Source: an uncultured Poribacteria bacterium
GTDB lineage: Bacteria; Poribacteria; WGA-4E; WGA-3G
Direction: 5' to 3'
DNA: 64,000 nt
Assembly (NCBI GenBank): GCA_951813565.1
Contig: OX638351.1
Span: 4,448,001 to 4,512,000, forward strand
Part shown: positions 58,694 to 64,000 of the stretch, piece by piece
How the letters are laid out: each line of letters begins with the position of its first letter
Numbering within the stretch: the first letter of the stretch is position 1
Made by a program: the position numbers and the translations under genes
Notes under the pieces: model-generated
The model's input: only the letters and a program-made list of their open reading frames with translations
Database searches by the model: none
Told to the model about the DNA's origin: nothing

Positions 58694-60152
58694 GGGTGCG
58701 TAAAGTTTTGGTTATAAGTGTCATGCTGCCTGTGGGAGTTCATTCCAATATTTGTCCCAGTCCCCATTTTTCACTAAACACCGTAAGGCAAGCACCGGGT
58801 TGATACCTTTCTCTTTCCACCTCATAGCAGCTTGTGGACACCTTTGTCCGACAACATGTGGACAGGCACTCTCAATCACACCACTCCCGATTTGATACCC
58901 TTTTTCCCGAAACTTTTTATACCGCGGACGAGCAGCGTGTTTTTCAAAATACCGTGCTTCTCTTTCGAAAATATCCGATACTTCCGGGTGCTGTGTGCCT
59001 AAGCCACGAATGCGTGCGGCTACTTCTGTAATGTTGCCATCATAAAGGATAGGTTCTGTCGTTTTTACCCAGTCTTGTATCGCCTCTGTTTCAGTCTCTC
59101 CGAACGCAACTTTAGCAACATCGGACAGATGAGATTTCGCGTGCTTGTAATCCACAATCTCAACAGCATTGGGAAAGTATTCATCTGCTAAGTTCCAAAT
59201 CCACGCAGCACCATCACCAAGAAACACAATCTCTTGCGTATCAATAGCTTCTTGGTAGATGCCACTATTGGTTGCTAACGCATATAACTCCTTACCAAAA
59301 TGTGCCGCATCATTACGCGTTGCAACATAACGGATACTTGTCTCTCTCGCACTTGACACCGCATCAGAACCACATTGTGGATAATCTCTGTAAACACAAC
59401 CGACTTTTGTCTCTTTCCACCCATCAGTAGAGTTGGTGTAGCATCCATCACAACTTACATACCAACGCTGATTAGCCGCAAGTATTTGCGGTTCAACTTG
59501 TGCTGACACGCTCAAGTCTGACGACCACTCAAGCACTTTTTCGCGCACTATCGTATGGCTCACTTCTATCCCTTGAAAAGCCAACGCTTTCGCAGCAGCT
59601 CTATAGTCAAGAAGGGCAGACAGACGACACATCGCTTCAGCAACACGACGCGTGTATTGACCCAATAACTTCTGTTTGACCTCCCACGGCGCGTGACGAT
59701 GTCCTTGTTCACAACAATACACCCAACGATTTACGCTTGTTTTTCCACAAAGTGTTGTGAAATAACGCGCACGCATACGCAATGGACGACAAAGTTCTTG
59801 ACACGCTGGACATTCAACTGGTTCACGCTCTTTCTTATTTGACTTTTTAGAAACACACATTTCTAAAAACTTTTGTTTAAAAGAACAAAATGCTTCGGAA
59901 ACACGGACTTCAACATCACCTAAAGATAAACCCTCGTCAGAATTGATGTCTACATAAAGATCGTTGATCTCTTTTACAAACTCGTTAAAATCTGCTTTGT
60001 AATCGTTGCCTTCACAAGGACTTAATGATATACTTGGCATTGGTATCCTCTCCTATAATAGTGTGATAATTATTAGGGTAGGATACCAGTTATATACATT
60101 TTCTACAAGAACTCCATTCATTTCAATTTCATGCCAAAAACTTTACACACCC
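58694..60152 (-). mobile_element. ISKra4/ISLre2-like IS, copy 2 (1459 bp)
   Basis: Left end matches copy 1; right end GGGTGCGTAAAGTTTTGG is divergent. Confidence 0.9.
58721..60040 (-). CDS. Transposase, ISKra4/ISLre2 family
   Basis: 439 aa, mostly identical to 28027-29346. Confidence 0.9.
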   Translation of the reverse strand: MPSISLSPCEGNDYKADFNEFVKEINDLYVDINSDEGLSLGDVEVRVSEAFCSFKQKFLEMCVSKKSNKKEREPVECPACQELCRPLRMRARYFTTLCGKTSVNRWVYCCEQGHRHAPWEVKQKLLGQYTRRVAEAMCRLSALLDYRAAAKALAFQGIEVSHTIVREKVLEWSSDLSVSAQVEPQILAANQRWYVSCDGCYTNSTDGWKETKVGCVYRDYPQCGSDAVSSARETSIRYVATRNDAAHFGKELYALATNSGIYQEAIDTQEIVFLGDGAAWIWNLADEYFPNAVEIVDYKHAKSHLSDVAKVAFGETETEAIQDWVKTTEPILYDGNITEVAARIRGLGTQHPEVSDIFEREARYFEKHAARPRYKKFREKGYQIGSGVIESACPHVVGQRCPQAAMRWKEKGINPVLALRCLVKNGDWDKYWNELPQAA

Positions 60153-60168
60153 ATCCTCTTCCTATCGC

Positions 60169-60197
60169 TTGACCAATTTCCTTTTATACGGTATAGT
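60169..60197 (+). promoter_or_regulatory. sigma70-like promoter
   Basis: TTGACC-17 nt-TATAGT. Confidence 0.5.
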
Positions 60198-60246
60198 ACA
60201 ACAAACCGAAAATAAGAATAGATATTCTCACATTAAACGGAAACTT

Positions 60247-61239
60247 ATGAAAACAGAATCTAAAAAACCTGTTCGATGGGGAATTCTCAGCACAGCGAAT
60301 ATAGCTACCAAGGTTGCTCGCGCAATTAATATCGCTGAAAATGCAGAATTGGTTGCCGTAGCAAGTCGCACTGAAGAACGTGCTTCTGCATGGGCACAAA
60401 AACACAATGTTCCAATCGCCTATGGCAACTATGACGCCCTCCTCTCTGATTCATCCTTAGATGCAATTTACATTCCACTTCCACCTTCAATGCACGCTGA
60501 ATGGACAATCAGGGCAGCAGAACACGGTAAACATGTCCTTTGCGAGAAACCACTTTCCGCGAACTCTGATGAAGCAACTGTAATGGCAGATGCTTGTCAA
60601 CAAAATGGCGTGCAACTGATGGACGGTGTTATGTGGGTGCATCATGAACGCACTAATATGATGAAGCAAGAACTGACAAGTTTAGGAAAACTGCGGCGAG
60701 TCACAGCCGCCTTCACATTCAATTGGAGGACAATTCCAACCAATAATATCCGTGCTAAGTCGGAACTCGCGGGTGGTAGTCTCGGAGACCTTGGCTACTA
60801 TTGCGTCCGCGCGATTCTGTGGGCTTTTGAGGAGATGCCGACAAAAGTATACGCTACAGCGCGCTACAAAGTTGGTGTTGATTTCAACCTTGCTGGTATT
60901 CTTTGGTTTCAAGATGATCGCATTGCTACTTTAGATTGTGGGTTTGATACAAGTCACCGAAAGTGGTTTGAGGTCGCTGGAACAAATGCCTCTTTAGTTT
61001 GTGATGATTTCACCGTGCCAACATCGGAAGAATCATCTCGGTTTTGGATACATGGATCGGAAAATGAAAAGCACGAAACAGGTGCTTGCATTCAGGAAGT
61101 CAAAATGATTGAACGGTTTTCGGGAATTGTGAAATCTGAAAACCTTGAGCCAGAATGGGCAGATGTTGCAGTAAACACGATGCGAGTTTGTGATGCGTTG
61201 CTTGAATCTGATCGACAGGGAAAAATTATAGACCTTTAA
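60247..61239 (+). CDS. Gfo/Idh/MocA oxidoreductase
   Basis: VRWGILSTANIA, GKHVLCEKP, GGSLGDLGYY. Confidence 0.9.
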   Translation: MKTESKKPVRWGILSTANIATKVARAINIAENAELVAVASRTEERASAWAQKHNVPIAYGNYDALLSDSSLDAIYIPLPPSMHAEWTIRAAEHGKHVLCEKPLSANSDEATVMADACQQNGVQLMDGVMWVHHERTNMMKQELTSLGKLRRVTAAFTFNWRTIPTNNIRAKSELAGGSLGDLGYYCVRAILWAFEEMPTKVYATARYKVGVDFNLAGILWFQDDRIATLDCGFDTSHRKWFEVAGTNASLVCDDFTVPTSEESSRFWIHGSENEKHETGACIQEVKMIERFSGIVKSENLEPEWADVAVNTMRVCDALLESDRQGKIIDL

Positions 61240-61265
61240 TCAGAAAACGTATTCCAAGGAGTTCT

Positions 61266-62453
61266 ATGAAAATTACAAACATTGAAACCTTTATTGTAGA
61301 TGGTGGATGGCGACCTTGGATTTTTGTCAAAGTCGAGACTGACGAAGGTGTTACCGGTTATGGTGAATGCAGCGATGGCAGAAACCCTAACGGTGTTGCG
61401 GGAACTATTAAAGATTTAACACCTCTGCTGATTGGACGCGATCCACGTGCTTATGAGATGCGTTTTTGGGATATGATTCGCGGTTCACGACAAAGTCCGG
61501 GTGGCATTGCTGCAAAGGCAATTGCTGGTATTGAATGTGCGCTTGTTGACATCAAAGCGAAGGCTTTGGGAATATCCGTTGTAGAACTCTTTGGTGGTCC
61601 GACCCGTGAAAACGTGCGAGTCTACTGGTCGCACTGCGGTTCATCTCGTGCGCGGAACTTTGAACTGATAGGTGTGCCTCCACTCAGAACAATGGAAGAC
61701 ATCGCAGCATTAGGACGCGAAGTTGTAGAAAAAGGGTTCACAGCACTTAAAACAAATATCGTTATTCCTGGAGAACCTGCCTCGGTTTATTTCAGTGGCT
61801 TCGGTGGAGGACTCGGATCGACCGATGGAAATGTAACACCTGAACTTCTAAGACATATTGAGACACTCATCAGCACTTTTAGAGATGCCATTGGACCCGA
61901 TGTTGGTCTCAACCTTGATTTGAACTTCAACTTTAAACCAGAAGCGTGTATGCGTATCGCGAAGGTGCTGGAACCGTACGATCTGTTATGGTTGGAGATT
62001 GATATGTATGACCACGAAGCGATTCGTCAAATCAAGGATTCCACAACGACAAAGATATGCACCGGTGAGAATCTATACTATATGCGCGAATATCTCCCCT
62101 ATTTTGAGGCACGGGCTGCAGATATCTTTATGATTGATGTGCCGTGGAACGGATTTGCGCAATCTAAGAAGATCGGTGATTTGGCGGATGTTTATCAATT
62201 CAATGTCGCACCGCACAACTATTATAGCCATCTTGCCACTTATATTAGCGCGAGTCTGTGTGCTGTGCTACCGAATGTTCGCATTATGGAAGTTGATATT
62301 GACGATGTGCCTTGGAAAAACGATTTGACGACCCATACGCCAGAGATTGTAGATGGTTATATGAAAATCCCGGCGCGTCCAGGGTGGGGCACAGAATTAA
62401 ATGAGGAAGTCGTCAAAGCGCATCTATGGGGTGATCGGAGAGGAGATTGGTAG
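61266..62453 (+). CDS. Mandelate racemase/enolase superfamily dehydratase (galactonate dehydratase-like)
   Basis: WIFVKVETDEG.TG.GE, DIKAKALG, GFTALK, TGEN, APHN, PGWG. Confidence 0.88.
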   Translation: MKITNIETFIVDGGWRPWIFVKVETDEGVTGYGECSDGRNPNGVAGTIKDLTPLLIGRDPRAYEMRFWDMIRGSRQSPGGIAAKAIAGIECALVDIKAKALGISVVELFGGPTRENVRVYWSHCGSSRARNFELIGVPPLRTMEDIAALGREVVEKGFTALKTNIVIPGEPASVYFSGFGGGLGSTDGNVTPELLRHIETLISTFRDAIGPDVGLNLDLNFNFKPEACMRIAKVLEPYDLLWLEIDMYDHEAIRQIKDSTTTKICTGENLYYMREYLPYFEARAADIFMIDVPWNGFAQSKKIGDLADVYQFNVAPHNYYSHLATYISASLCAVLPNVRIMEVDIDDVPWKNDLTTHTPEIVDGYMKIPARPGWGTELNEEVVKAHLWGDRRGDW

Positions 62454-62474
62454 GGACGTTTGTATTTCTACGAT

Positions 62475-62503
62475 TGGGCGGGTCGGTGTTCCCGCCCATT
62501 TTT
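62475..62503 (+). terminator. Rho-independent terminator between convergent genes
   Basis: TGGGCGGG-loop-CCCGCCCA-TTTTTT. Confidence 0.7.
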
Positions 62504-62505
62504 TG

Positions 62506-63354
62506 TTAACGTGCAACCGCTTCTGAACCAAGATTTTCTTGAATCCATGCGCGGAGTGGTACATCCTTGTCACCAGGGGAAGTATACCCCATTCCACCTG
62601 TGCTTTTGCCTAAAATCTGTTGGCGAATCGGGTCCGATTTTTCCATATAATGTTCCACCGTCATGTTGTCTCGCGGTTGCAGCCAACGGTAACTATAACC
62701 GTAAAAAATCACCTTACGCATAATGTCAGATGTATTGCGCCCCACTGCATGCCATAACCTACGGTCAAAAAAGACTGCCGTTCCCGGTTTAGCAAAAACA
62801 GACGTAGCGTTTTCTGGATTAGCCTTATCATCATCAGGCATTTTAACCTTGTTGAATTTTTGACTGCCCGGTATCACAGAAAAGTTACCGCGTCCTGGCA
62901 CAGACGTATCAGTCAAAAAATATGCAACTTTCAATGATACACGCGGGCGTGGTTCACCTTCCAATTCAATGTTGAGTCGTCCACTATCCTGGTGCCATCC
63001 AAGACGGCGCTGTTTGTTTTGTTCTTCAGGTGGGAGCGGTGGTAGTGCTATTAAATGTGAATGGTAGAGTTTGATATTCCAACCCAAAATTCCCCACACT
63101 TTTGGAAACGTTGTGTGCCAATCCAACATCTCAATAAAGATATTATCTCTACCGACGAAGTCAAGTATGTTGAAACTTGCATCGGGAGGAAGTTCGTCTT
63201 TGCCCAAGTGTTCCGCGCCAACACGGTCAAAAGCGACAATCAATTTCTCAACTATTTCCTGTGGAATGGCCTCTTTAACGACAAAATAACCGTTGTCCTC
63301 AAATTGTTGTTTTTCCGATTCGGTCAAACAGTGTTCTAAACATAGCGGGTCCAT
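62506..63354 (-). CDS. PhyH-family dioxygenase
   Basis: GWHQDS, VIPGS, PGTAVFFDRRLWH. Confidence 0.88.
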   Translation of the reverse strand: MDPLCLEHCLTESEKQQFEDNGYFVVKEAIPQEIVEKLIVAFDRVGAEHLGKDELPPDASFNILDFVGRDNIFIEMLDWHTTFPKVWGILGWNIKLYHSHLIALPPLPPEEQNKQRRLGWHQDSGRLNIELEGEPRPRVSLKVAYFLTDTSVPGRGNFSVIPGSQKFNKVKMPDDDKANPENATSVFAKPGTAVFFDRRLWHAVGRNTSDIMRKVIFYGYSYRWLQPRDNMTVEHYMEKSDPIRQQILGKSTGGMGYTSPGDKDVPLRAWIQENLGSEAVAR

Positions 63355-63527
63355 TGTTTTCCCCTATATGAGCAGTGCTTTAGTTTGCAAAAGTCTATAT
63401 TGAATTTACATTCTTGTCAACGTCAATATATTTCAATTGTCACTATGCTCTCTTGTAGGAGGGCTTTGTCCGCCCGATTTATATATGCCAAAACTGAAAT
63501 TATCTGAGCGCAAATGAAAAAGTTCAA

Positions 63528-64000
63528 TCAATGAAAATTCCATGCTGCTGTTATATATTTTGTATTAGCTAACATTTCTGCCTGTTTTTTCTCTGTTAGA
63601 GACAGTTTTCCTGAATTAAACGTAATTCCGGGGAATGCCATTAAGGCATTCATACCGTTGATTTGGACCTCAAATGTTTCACAGATTGCTTGAATGAGTG
63701 AACTTCTGGTTATAAAACGTCCATCCATATTTATAGCTGCAGATTTATCGCATAACATTTCCTGAATCTCAGGGCGTTGTGAAACGCGCTTAAGGATAGG
63801 GTCCGGTGGCATATCCAAGGAGATATACCCTTGGAACAGTATACCGTTTCGATTGCGTCTTGTTGAAACGCCTGCCAGTTTTTTACCGTCGCACATCACA
63901 TCGTTTTCGGCAGGATTTGTCAGGCAAATATTATGGGAAGATTGCGAAAGATCCGCAGTAGCACTATAACATTTTGCTGGAATAGCAAGTTTCTCAAACG
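63528..64000 (-). CDS. Lipoate-protein ligase/octanoyltransferase (LplA/LipM family), C-terminal part, with a 12-aa repeat-derived insert
   Basis: Frame is open to the window end: CLTNPAENDVMCDGKKLAG...QG...KY...W. Confidence 0.82.
   Translation of the reverse strand, partial: FEKLAIPAKCYSATADLSQSSHNICLTNPAENDVMCDGKKLAGVSTRRNRNGILFQGYISLDMPPDPILKRVSQRPEIQEMLCDKSAAINMDGRFITRSSLIQAICETFEVQINGMNALMAFPGITFNSGKLSLTEKKQAEMLANTKYITAAWNFH
63630..63665 (-). repeat. 36-nt micro-element inserted in frame (encodes QINGMNALMAFP)
   Basis: Matches the intergenic CAAATCAACGGTATGAATGCC-N-GGCATTCCCC repeat. Confidence 0.88.

Overview
Bacterial chromosomal window with about 45 protein genes, one tRNA-Leu(GAG) and a very dense mobile/repeat landscape. 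The gene mix (5 PhyH-type dioxygenases, 4 Gfo/Idh/MocA oxidoreductases, 2 sulfatases, ECF sigma factors with long beta-propeller tails, WD40 and giant TPR proteins) resembles Candidatus Poribacteria; this is inference only, no search was run. Main results the ORF track misses: (1) three probable selenoproteins, each split at an in-frame TGA with a SECIS-like hairpin just downstream: two tandem HMA-domain lipoproteins (GMT-U-xx-C) and a lipoprotein peroxiredoxin (U-P-V-C). (2) A family of about 30-36 nt hairpin 'micro-elements' starting AATCA. They insert at C|G steps without target duplication and nest up to four deep inside REPs and MITEs. One 36-nt copy sits in frame inside a lipoate-ligase gene. 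(3) Several MITE families, including ISKra4-end MITEs with 9-bp TSDs and a MITE that duplicates most of a REP hairpin (19 and 52 bp DRs). Also present: an IS3 that truncated an ECF sigma gene, two mosaic ISKra4-like copies in inverted orientation, and a type III Mod with an AT-rich TRD next to a decayed Res.
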